64,000 bases of DNA from a virus: IMG/VR virus record IMGVR_UViG_3300046832_000578; one strand, given 5' to 3'. The notes beneath the pieces are model-generated. The model did no database searches. It had not been told where the DNA came from and worked only from the letters and a program-made list of their open reading frames with translations. Positions 56,471 to 64,000 of the stretch are shown one piece after another (within the stretch, counting starts at the first letter, position 1; each line of letters begins with the position of its first letter). A program made the position numbers and the translations under genes.

Positions 56471-58936
56471 ATGCCGTTTCAATTATCTCCAGGCGTTGCA
56501 GTCGTAGAAAAAGATTTCACTTCTATCGTTCCAGCCGTATCATCTTCAATTGGTGCTTTTGCTGGTGCATTTCCGTGGGGTCCAGTTATGGAACCTACCA
56601 CTGTTGGATCCGAAAACGAATTAGTTCGTCGCTTCGGTAAACCAGACGATAGTAACTTTAGTTCTTTCTTCACTGCTGCGAACTTCCTATCTTATACAAA
56701 TAACCTATTGCTAGTTCGTGCAGACGCTGGACACTTGAATGCTGTGGCAACCCCAACAGGTGGTCTAGGTACTGTAACTGTCACTGCTGCAGGATCTGGC
56801 TATACCTCTACTGCTGCTGCTCCTGCAGTAACAGTTGGTGCTCCAGATGATGCAGGTGGAACACAAGCTGTTGTTACCGCAACATTATCTGGTGGTACAG
56901 TTACTGCGATTGCAGTTTCAACTGCGGGTGCTGGATATGATTCCGCACCGACCGTAACTATTACTACAGCTGCAGGTGATACTGGTTCTGGTGCGACTGC
57001 TACTGCAGTAATGACCACACCAACTATTTCTGGATCTGCAGTTTCTGGTACTGGTGGTCAATTTACTTGTACTGGAACTACTATAACAGTTGGAGATTTA
57101 ATTACTCTTACTGGAACAATATCTGGTACAGCAACTATCACTGGTTATACAACTGGAACAACATATAAAGTTTCTGCTATCACTGGTTCTGGTGCTTCTG
57201 TAACAGGATTCACTTTAACTACCACAGGTGATGTGGCTATCGTTACTACTGCAGGTACAACAACTGGTTTAACTCTTAGCAACAATTCACAACAAACTGT
57301 TGCTTCGATTACAGTAGCCACAGCTGGATCTGGTTATAAAATTGCCCCAACAGTAGCATTATCTGGTGGTACACCAACTACTGCTGCAACACTTGGTGCG
57401 GTTACACTTTCCTCTTCTACTATTACTGGTCTTACCATCACTACAGTTGGAACTGGTTACTCTTCTGCTCCAACACTAACAATCGCAGCACCTCCATCTG
57501 GAACTACTGCGACTGCTACAGCAACTATTCAAACTGCTGGTCTAAAAATTATCAATGGTGAAACTTATACCTCTACCTTTTCCGCAGGTGCTGGTGTTGT
57601 CGGTACTTGGGCAGCAAAGTATCCAGGAACTTTAGGTAATAGCCTAAAAGTTTCTATAGCAGACTCTGCTGGTTTTACTGGTTGGACATACGCATCTGAA
57701 TTTGATGCTGCTCCAGGAACTTCTCCATACGCTGCAAGCGTAGGTGGGTCTGGTGATGAAGTTCATGTAATCGTTATCGATGAAGACGGATTATGGACTG
57801 GTACAGCGGGATCTGTTTTAGAGAAATTTGCATTTCTTTCAAAAGCATCTGATGGTAAAAAATCTGATGGTACAAATAACTATTACAAAGATGCCATCAA
57901 CAGTCGTTCAGAATATATCTGGTGGATGGATCACCCAACTGCAGTAACAGGCACTACTTCATGGGGTGCTACTGCTGCAGGTTCTACATTTAAAACACTA
58001 ACTGCCGTTCAAACTGTATCTCTTTCTGGTGGTACAGATGACTACGCATTAACTGATGGTGAAAAAACTAGTGCGTTTGCATTATTTGCCAATGCTGAAC
58101 AGTATGATGTTTCTCTAGTTATGCTAGGTAAAGCATCTACTACCGTTGCACAGTACGTAATTAGCAATATCTGCGAAACTCGTCTAGATTGTATCGCTTT
58201 GATTTCTCCAGAGAGAGTATCAAATGGTGATACAATTATCGGAGCAACCTCTACAGAAATTGGTTATATTACTGCATACCGTGATGCAATTTCAAGCACA
58301 TCATACGCAGTTATGGACTCTGGTGCTAAGTATCAATACGATCGTTACAATGACAAATATCGTTATGTCCCATTAAATGGTGATGTGGCTGGTCTGTGTG
58401 CTCGTACTGACTATACTAACGATCCATGGTTCTCTCCAGGTGGTCTAAATCGTGGTCAAATTAAGAATGTTGTTCGCTTAGCAGTTAATCCAACTAAGAC
58501 ACAGCGTGACACTCTTTACAAGAAAGGTGTTAATCCTGTTGTTACCTTCCCAGGAGAAGGAACTGTTCTATTCGGTGACAAGACTCTATTGGCTAAACCA
58601 AGTGCATTCGATCGTATCAATGTTCGTCGTCTATTCATCGTTATGGAAAAGGCGATTGCAACTGCTGCTAAATTCCAGTTGTTCGAATTCAACGATGGAT
58701 TTACTCGTGCACAGTTTAAGAACTTGGTGGAGCCATTCCTCCGTGATGTACAAGGTCGTCGTGGTATTACTGATTTCGTTGTTAAGTGCGATGAGTCTAA
58801 CAACACAGGTGAAGTTATCGATCGTAACGAATTCGTTGCTGATATCTTCGTTAAGCCAAATCGTTCTATCAACTTTATTACTCTCAACTTCGTTGCTGCT
58901 CGCTCTGCGATTAACTTCAGCGAAATTGGTGCTTAA
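56471..58936 (+). CDS. 18: Tail sheath protein gp18 with inserted domains
   Basis: SPGV...E.D, F.WGP, PW.SP.G..RG, FDRINVRRLF, FEFND..TR, .KP.RSINFI.LNF.A. Confidence 0.97.
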   Translation: MPFQLSPGVAVVEKDFTSIVPAVSSSIGAFAGAFPWGPVMEPTTVGSENELVRRFGKPDDSNFSSFFTAANFLSYTNNLLLVRADAGHLNAVATPTGGLGTVTVTAAGSGYTSTAAAPAVTVGAPDDAGGTQAVVTATLSGGTVTAIAVSTAGAGYDSAPTVTITTAAGDTGSGATATAVMTTPTISGSAVSGTGGQFTCTGTTITVGDLITLTGTISGTATITGYTTGTTYKVSAITGSGASVTGFTLTTTGDVAIVTTAGTTTGLTLSNNSQQTVASITVATAGSGYKIAPTVALSGGTPTTAATLGAVTLSSSTITGLTITTVGTGYSSAPTLTIAAPPSGTTATATATIQTAGLKIINGETYTSTFSAGAGVVGTWAAKYPGTLGNSLKVSIADSAGFTGWTYASEFDAAPGTSPYAASVGGSGDEVHVIVIDEDGLWTGTAGSVLEKFAFLSKASDGKKSDGTNNYYKDAINSRSEYIWWMDHPTAVTGTTSWGATAAGSTFKTLTAVQTVSLSGGTDDYALTDGEKTSAFALFANAEQYDVSLVMLGKASTTVAQYVISNICETRLDCIALISPERVSNGDTIIGATSTEIGYITAYRDAISSTSYAVMDSGAKYQYDRYNDKYRYVPLNGDVAGLCARTDYTNDPWFSPGGLNRGQIKNVVRLAVNPTKTQRDTLYKKGVNPVVTFPGEGTVLFGDKTLLAKPSAFDRINVRRLFIVMEKAIATAAKFQLFEFNDGFTRAQFKNLVEPFLRDVQGRRGITDFVVKCDESNNTGEVIDRNEFVADIFVKPNRSINFITLNFVAARSAINFSEIGA
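57019..57302 (+). repeat. Copy 2 of ~95-aa domain shared with gp8
   Basis: Same peptide, with clearly similar DNA, inside gp18. Confidence 0.85.
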
Positions 58937-58941
58937 TAACA

Positions 58942-58949
58942 GATAAATA
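58942..58949 (+). promoter_or_regulatory. Late promoter core GATAAATA
   Basis: Upstream of gp19. Confidence 0.6.
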
Positions 58950-58972
58950 AAGATAAGAACAAGGAGAATTAA

Positions 58973-59560
58973 ATGGCAAATATTGCTGATTTTAAAGCGC
59001 AAATGATTGGTGGCGGTGCTCGCCCGAATCAGTTCCGTGTTGAATTATCTTTCCCATCTTATGTTACATTGGGTGTGGTAGCAGGACAGCGTGCACAGTT
59101 TTTGTGTAAAGCTGCTCAGTTACCTGCTTCTACAATCGAGACACTTCCTGTTCTCTATCGTGGTCGCCCAGTGAACTTTGCTGGTGAAAGAACTTTCCAA
59201 CCATGGACAGTAACAATTTACAACGATACAACTTTTGGTATCCGTAATGCACTAGAACAGTGGCAATCTGGTATTCAGAATTATAATACTACCAATGGTC
59301 GTATTAACCCAACTGATTATCAAGTTGACTTGAATGTTCACCAACTAGATCGCAACGGAGCAATTATCAAGAGTTATAAATTTGTAGATGCATTCCCAAC
59401 TGCTATCTCAGCTGTTGGCTTAGATTACGAGCAACAAAATGCAATTGAACAGTTTGACGTAGAGTTTACATATAACTTCTTTACTTCAAACACTGGGGCA
59501 GCTGCTGGATTTGGTGTCAATGTTTCTATCGACACTCCAGTTGGTTCGTTCCCTCTTTAA
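58973..59560 (+). CDS. 19: Tail tube protein gp19
   Basis: GGARPN.F.V, F..KAA.LP, GR....AG.R.F..W..T..ND, .E.F.V.F.Y. Confidence 0.95.
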   Translation: MANIADFKAQMIGGGARPNQFRVELSFPSYVTLGVVAGQRAQFLCKAAQLPASTIETLPVLYRGRPVNFAGERTFQPWTVTIYNDTTFGIRNALEQWQSGIQNYNTTNGRINPTDYQVDLNVHQLDRNGAIIKSYKFVDAFPTAISAVGLDYEQQNAIEQFDVEFTYNFFTSNTGAAAGFGVNVSIDTPVGSFPL

Positions 59561-59583
59561 TAATTAACTGAGGTTTTTACATT

Positions 59584-61242
59584 ATGCAACTATTTGGCTT
59601 TGAGATAAAGCGTAAACAAGGACAGGAACTACCGAGTGTAGTTCCTCCTAGTCCAATTGAGACAGGATCAACTGTAGTAAACACTGGTGTTAATGCTGGT
59701 GGGCACTACGGTATGGTCATGGATCTTGAGGGCACGATTAAAAATGAAAATGATTTAATTCGTCGTTATCGTGAGGTTTCTCAGTATAGCGATTGTGATG
59801 GTGCGATTGAAGATATCGTAAATGAAGCAATCGTTGCAGATGAGGATAAACGATCTGTTGAGTTAAAATTAGATGAATTAAAAGTTTCTGCTTCAATTAA
59901 AAGTAAAATTAAAGAAGAATTTGATAATGTACTCCGTATATTAAAGTTTGATGAAAGAGCACATGAACTTTTTCGTTCATGGTATATCGATGGAAGATTA
60001 TATTATCAAATTCTTATAGACGAAAATAATATTAAACAGGGTATCGTTGAACTCCGTTACATCGATCCTCGTAAAATTCGTCGCATTAAGAATATTAAAA
60101 AAGAGAGAAACAAACAAGGTGTTGATGTTGTAAAAGAGATCGAAGAATATTATCTTTACAACGACAAAGGAATTACAGAGCAAACAACACAAGGTGTTAA
60201 GTTGGCTCTTGATTCAGTGGTCTATGCTCCATCAGGATATGTAGATCAAAATACTGGAATGATGATGTCTTATCTACATAAGGCAATCAAACCAGTAAAT
60301 CAATTAAAGATGATTGAAGACTCTTTGGTCATCTATCGTATCAGCCGTGCACCTGAACGAAGAATTTTTTACATTGATGTTGGTAATTTACCAAAGTTGA
60401 AAGCAGAGCAGTATGTAACGGACATTATGAATAAGTTCCGTAACAAGATTGTTTATGATGCAACTACTGGTGAAACTCGTGACGATCGTCGTCACTTGTC
60501 AATGATGGAAGACTTCTGGATGCCTCGTCGTGAGGGTGGTAAAGGCACAGAGATTACTACTCTTCCAGGTGGACAAAATCTGGGTGAGATTCAGGACATC
60601 GAATACTTCCAAGGTAAACTTTATCATGCATTGAATGTGCCAATTAGTCGTCTACAACCACAACAAGGTTTTAGTATTGGTCGTTCACAAGAGATTTCTC
60701 GTGATGAAGTTAAGTTTAATAAGTTTATTGTTAGACTTCGTAAGAAATTTAGCGTGTTGTTCTCTAACGCATTAAGAGTACAACTAATCGCAAAGGGTGT
60801 TATTCGTGCAGATGAATGGGATGAGATTCGTCCATTCTTGAAGTATGATTATCTAGAAGACAATCACTTCTCTGAACTAAAAGATTCTGAAATTCTAATG
60901 CAAAGAATTCAAAGTCTGCAAGCATTGGATCCATATGTTGGTAAATATTATAGCCAAACTTGGGTTCGTAAAAATATTCTTCGTTTAGATGAAGATGAGA
61001 TTGAGCAGATTGAAAAAGAAATCTCTGATGAACAAGAAATTCAACTTGGTCAAGCAGAAAAAGCAGGAATGTTAGATGGTGCACAACAAGCTGCAACACA
61101 AAATTATATGGCACAGAATACTGAACAACCTGAAGAGCAAGAACAACAGCCACAAGAAGATGATCAAGCAACAGAGGAACAACCAGTACAACGAGAGTCA
61201 GCTAAAGTTAAACAACTAAAAACTGGCACTTGGCCAAATTAA
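59584..61242 (+). CDS. 20: Portal vertex protein gp20
   Basis: WY.DGR, SYLHKAIK..NQL.M.ED..VIYR.SRAPERR.FYIDVGN.P, EDFW.PRREGG.GTEI.TLPGG. Confidence 0.98.
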   Translation: MQLFGFEIKRKQGQELPSVVPPSPIETGSTVVNTGVNAGGHYGMVMDLEGTIKNENDLIRRYREVSQYSDCDGAIEDIVNEAIVADEDKRSVELKLDELKVSASIKSKIKEEFDNVLRILKFDERAHELFRSWYIDGRLYYQILIDENNIKQGIVELRYIDPRKIRRIKNIKKERNKQGVDVVKEIEEYYLYNDKGITEQTTQGVKLALDSVVYAPSGYVDQNTGMMMSYLHKAIKPVNQLKMIEDSLVIYRISRAPERRIFYIDVGNLPKLKAEQYVTDIMNKFRNKIVYDATTGETRDDRRHLSMMEDFWMPRREGGKGTEITTLPGGQNLGEIQDIEYFQGKLYHALNVPISRLQPQQGFSIGRSQEISRDEVKFNKFIVRLRKKFSVLFSNALRVQLIAKGVIRADEWDEIRPFLKYDYLEDNHFSELKDSEILMQRIQSLQALDPYVGKYYSQTWVRKNILRLDEDEIEQIEKEISDEQEIQLGQAEKAGMLDGAQQAATQNYMAQNTEQPEEQEQQPQEDDQATEEQPVQRESAKVKQLKTGTWPN

Positions 61243-61254
61243 CAGGAGAATATT

Positions 61255-61467
61255 ATGAATGAAACAGTACACAATTTAGTAGATGCGATTGCCTCTGGTG
61301 ATGCTTTAGGAACACAAAATGCTTTTGCAGCTGCAATGGCAGAAAAATTATCTACAAGATTAGATACTATGCGTGCTGATGTAGCACAAAGCATGTTTGC
61401 TGGACAGGAAACTCAAGAAGAAGTTGTTGAAGAAAATCCTGTTGAGCCAGAACAACAAGTTGGCTAA
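61255..61467 (+). CDS. Prohead core protein (gp67-like position)
   Basis: Small acidic protein directly after the portal gene; AGGAG RBS. Confidence 0.6.
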   Translation: MNETVHNLVDAIASGDALGTQNAFAAAMAEKLSTRLDTMRADVAQSMFAGQETQEEVVEENPVEPEQQVG

Positions 61468-62012
61468 TGTATTATACTGAGTTTACCAAATCTATTAAAA
61501 GATCTAATGTTGTTGAAAGCATTAGATCTTATCTTCAGTTAATTGAAAAGACTGATGACGGTAAAATTTTAATAAATGGTATTGAAACAGAGTTTACAGA
61601 GTTAGAAGAAGCAAGAGAACATATTAAACAAGACTACATTTCGCATCAATTAGAAGAAGAAGTATCAAAAGAACTATACGAGGAATTGTCTGAACATACA
61701 GTAGCGAATATTATTAAAGAATATTACGATGTTAAAGTTACAGATACGCTAATCGAAACATACTTACAGCTTGCTTCTTCTCATATGTTTAGTGTAGACC
61801 CAGTTGTTCATGAAATTAGAAAGTTAAATAAACTTGATAGACTTGTTGAAAATAAATTGCATTATGTACTTGAAGACGATTCAATTGTAGCAATTGATTT
61901 GCGAACTCAAGAACACCTAAATAATTTATTACAAAAACAAACAGAGATTATTGAGTATATGAGAGAATCAAAAGAGAATTTCTTTCATGTGCTTAAACAA
62001 ATAGAGGAATAA
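61467..62012 (+). CDS. Hypothetical protein (prohead region)
   Basis: TAATG-coupled; acidic. Confidence 0.65.
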   Translation: MYYTEFTKSIKRSNVVESIRSYLQLIEKTDDGKILINGIETEFTELEEAREHIKQDYISHQLEEEVSKELYEELSEHTVANIIKEYYDVKVTDTLIETYLQLASSHMFSVDPVVHEIRKLNKLDRLVENKLHYVLEDDSIVAIDLRTQEHLNNLLQKQTEIIEYMRESKENFFHVLKQIEE

Positions 62013-62014
62013 AG

Positions 62015-62443
62015 ATGGCAGTTACTAAAACAGTTCTTAAAAATACAAATCAGGAAACCATTATTAAGGTTGCTGGCACTGCTGCAAGTTCAACTATTGA
62101 TTTACAAACTGACTGTTTAGCTAGCACGCAAGCAATATCTGGTGCGACACAAACAGCTAATATTGTTGCATGTAAATGGTGCGGATTAAATAACAGTACT
62201 ATTACTATCACTAGAAATTCAGTTAACATTTTAACACTTAATGGTGCTGATGCTGGTGATTTAGATTTTTCTGCTGGTTACGGATTTGTTGACAGTATTG
62301 AAAATACCAGTGATGTTGTTGTCACAGTTGCTGGCGCAGAAGCACAAGTATACTTAACTTTACGCAAAGTTGGTGGTTATGCTACTAAGGTAGAAACTGC
62401 AGTATTCGGTGCATACGATGATCAAACTGCAGTAGGGAGTTAA
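62015..62443 (+). CDS. Hypothetical virion protein
   Basis: GAGG RBS; beta-rich; lies before gp21. Confidence 0.65.
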   Translation: MAVTKTVLKNTNQETIIKVAGTAASSTIDLQTDCLASTQAISGATQTANIVACKWCGLNNSTITITRNSVNILTLNGADAGDLDFSAGYGFVDSIENTSDVVVTVAGAEAQVYLTLRKVGGYATKVETAVFGAYDDQTAVGS

Positions 62444-62447
62444 TTAA

Positions 62448-63101
62448 ATGAGACTTATTAGAGAAGTTACAGAAAAAGTTAATCTTGTTACTGAACTCCA
62501 TGAGGGTAAGGGTAAAGAATATTTTATTGAAGGTGTATTCCTTCAATCAGAAATCACTAACCGCAACAATCGTATGTACAAAGAAAGTACAATGGATCGT
62601 GAAGTTGCTCGTTACATTAAAGAGTCTGTTGATAATAATCGTGCCTATGGCGAACTAGGTCACCCAGACACCCCATCAATTAACCTTGATAGAGTATCCC
62701 ACCTAATCACTTCTTTGAAAAAAGAAGGTACAAATTATATCGGCAGAGCAAAGATTCTTGAAACTCCAATGGGTCAAATTGCTCGTGGTCTTTTAGATGG
62801 CGGTGCTAACCTTGGAGTTTCTAGTCGAGCACTTGGATCTCTTAAAGTAAATGAAGATGGTATTCAAGTTGTTCAAGACGATTTTATGCTGTCCACTGCA
62901 GCTGACATCGTTGCCGACCCTTCTGCTCCTGACGCTTATGTTAGAGGCATTATGGAGAATAAAGAGTGGGTATTTGTTGATGGAAAGTTTGTGGAAAAAC
63001 ATATTGAAGAAGTTAAAGCTATTATTAGAAAAACTTCTTCTCGTAATTTAGAGGAAGCAAAGATAGTCGCTTTCCAAAAGTTTCTGAGTAAAATCAGATA
63101 A
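62448..63101 (+). CDS. 21: Prohead protease gp21
   Basis: IEG.F.Q....NRN.R.Y, GELGHP, LGVSSRA.GSL, D.VADPSAPDA. Confidence 0.97.
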   Translation: MRLIREVTEKVNLVTELHEGKGKEYFIEGVFLQSEITNRNNRMYKESTMDREVARYIKESVDNNRAYGELGHPDTPSINLDRVSHLITSLKKEGTNYIGRAKILETPMGQIARGLLDGGANLGVSSRALGSLKVNEDGIQVVQDDFMLSTAADIVADPSAPDAYVRGIMENKEWVFVDGKFVEKHIEEVKAIIRKTSSRNLEEAKIVAFQKFLSKIR

Positions 63102-63111
63102 ATAATAAATA
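63097..63111 (+). promoter_or_regulatory. Tandem late promoter cores (GATAAATA ATAAATA)
   Basis: Upstream of gp22. Confidence 0.6.
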
Positions 63112-63145
63112 ATATAACAGAACTATCCAGTTACAGGAGAAAACG

Positions 63146-64000
63146 ATGTCAATCGAACAAAAAATTGCTGAAATCTTAGCAGAATCTAAAAAAGCAAAAC
63201 TTGCTGAGCAAGTAGCAGACGAGGTTGTGGAAGAGATCACTGAAGAAGAAGTTAAACCTGCTGCAGAAAATCCAAACCCAGACAATGCTAAAAACAATGT
63301 CGAAGATGAAAAAGAAGCAGAGGGTGGTACTTCTAAGAAAGAAAACGCAGCGACCAAAGGTGCGGTTGCAGCTGAGCCTAGCCACCTAAAAGGTGTCAAG
63401 GAAGATATTGATGCACTTATGAATGGTGAAGAACTTTCTGAAGAGTTCAAAGCGAAAGCAACTACCATTTATGAAGCTGCAGTTATGAGTCGTGTTAAGC
63501 AAGAAGTAGCACGATTAGAAGAAGAATTCGAAAGCAAACTTGCTGAGCAAGTTGCAAAGAATGTAGAGGGTCTTGTTGAACAAGTTGATGGATATCTCGG
63601 CTATGTAGCTGAGCAGTGGATGAAAGATAATGAAATTGCCCTAGAGCGTGGAATGAAGTCTGAAATTCTTGAGAGTTTCGTGGCTGGTATGAAGAACCTA
63701 TTCGAAGAGCACTACATCGATGTTCCTGAAGAGCGTTTCGATGTGCTTGGCGAAATGGAAAACAAGATTGAAGAACTTGAAGCAAAACTTAATGAACAGA
63801 TGGCAACTAACATCGAGATGTCTAAGACTATCGCTGAACAGAAGCGTGCTGAAATCGTTAAGTCAATCAGTGAAGGTCTAACTGACACTGAAGTAGAAAA
63901 GTTTACTGGTCTTGTTGAAGAGTTGTCATACGAAGATGCACAATCTTTTGAGACTAAAGTAAAGACTATCCGTGAAAATTATTTCACAACAAAGGCAACT
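63146..64000 (+). CDS. 22: Prohead core scaffold gp22 (3' truncated by window; not in ORF track)
   Basis: AGGAG RBS, ATG at 63146; reads ELSEEFKAKATTIYEAAV, VDGYLGYVAEQWMKDNEIA, LFEEHYIDVPEE, TIRENYF; open to the window end. Confidence 0.93.
   Translation, partial: MSIEQKIAEILAESKKAKLAEQVADEVVEEITEEEVKPAAENPNPDNAKNNVEDEKEAEGGTSKKENAATKGAVAAEPSHLKGVKEDIDALMNGEELSEEFKAKATTIYEAAVMSRVKQEVARLEEEFESKLAEQVAKNVEGLVEQVDGYLGYVAEQWMKDNEIALERGMKSEILESFVAGMKNLFEEHYIDVPEERFDVLGEMENKIEELEAKLNEQMATNIEMSKTIAEQKRAEIVKSISEGLTDTEVEKFTGLVEELSYEDAQSFETKVKTIRENYFTTKAT

Noticed and set aside
54817-61242. Introns, inteins or homing endonucleases in terminase, sheath or portal
   Set aside because: ORFs are continuous with no intein termini or LAGLIDADG/HNH/GIY-YIG motifs; the extra length in gp18 is explained by S/T-rich domains.
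1-64000. tRNA genes, CRISPR arrays, alternative genetic code
   Set aside because: Intergenic gaps are short with no cloverleaf or repeat-spacer pattern seen; conserved genes are intact under the standard code.

Overview
This window is a 64 kb segment of a T4-like (Tevenvirinae/Kyanoviridae-style) myophage genome. It starts with the gp33-gp59-gp32 replication/late-transcription genes. A minus-strand block follows (tape measure, gp51, gp26, gp16, gp54, gp2, gp4), then the plus-strand baseplate, tail, fibre, neck, packaging and head module (gp48, 53, 5, PAAR, 25, 6, 7, 8, DUF4815/VrlC-like, several fibres, gp13, 14, 15, 17, 18, 19, 20, 21, and the start of gp22). T4-type late promoter cores (NTAAATA) precede most transcription units. 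The most striking element is a ~7.7 kb enzyme cassette (30229-37938) wedged between two paralogous tail-fibre genes. It encodes two radical SAM/SPASM enzymes, a cobalamin-binding radical SAM enzyme, an Asp/Asn-beta-hydroxylase-like oxygenase, three unknown proteins, and a 176-aa protein ending in CHSNCHGSCHGSL. I interpret this as a candidate phage-encoded, RiPP-like system that post-translationally modifies a virion protein. A second cassette of three 2OG-Fe(II) oxygenases follows a glycine-rich protein. Other notable signals: (1) a U8 slippery site that would fuse gp26 to gp51 by a -1 frameshift directly upstream of the tape measure gene, like lambda G/GT; (2) a gp5 spike carrying both GH19 and M15 peptidase domains; (3) a near-identical ~95-aa domain inserted in both gp8 and gp18; (4) a small terminase gene ~49 kb from the large terminase gene. 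All family assignments come from motif recognition, not database searches.
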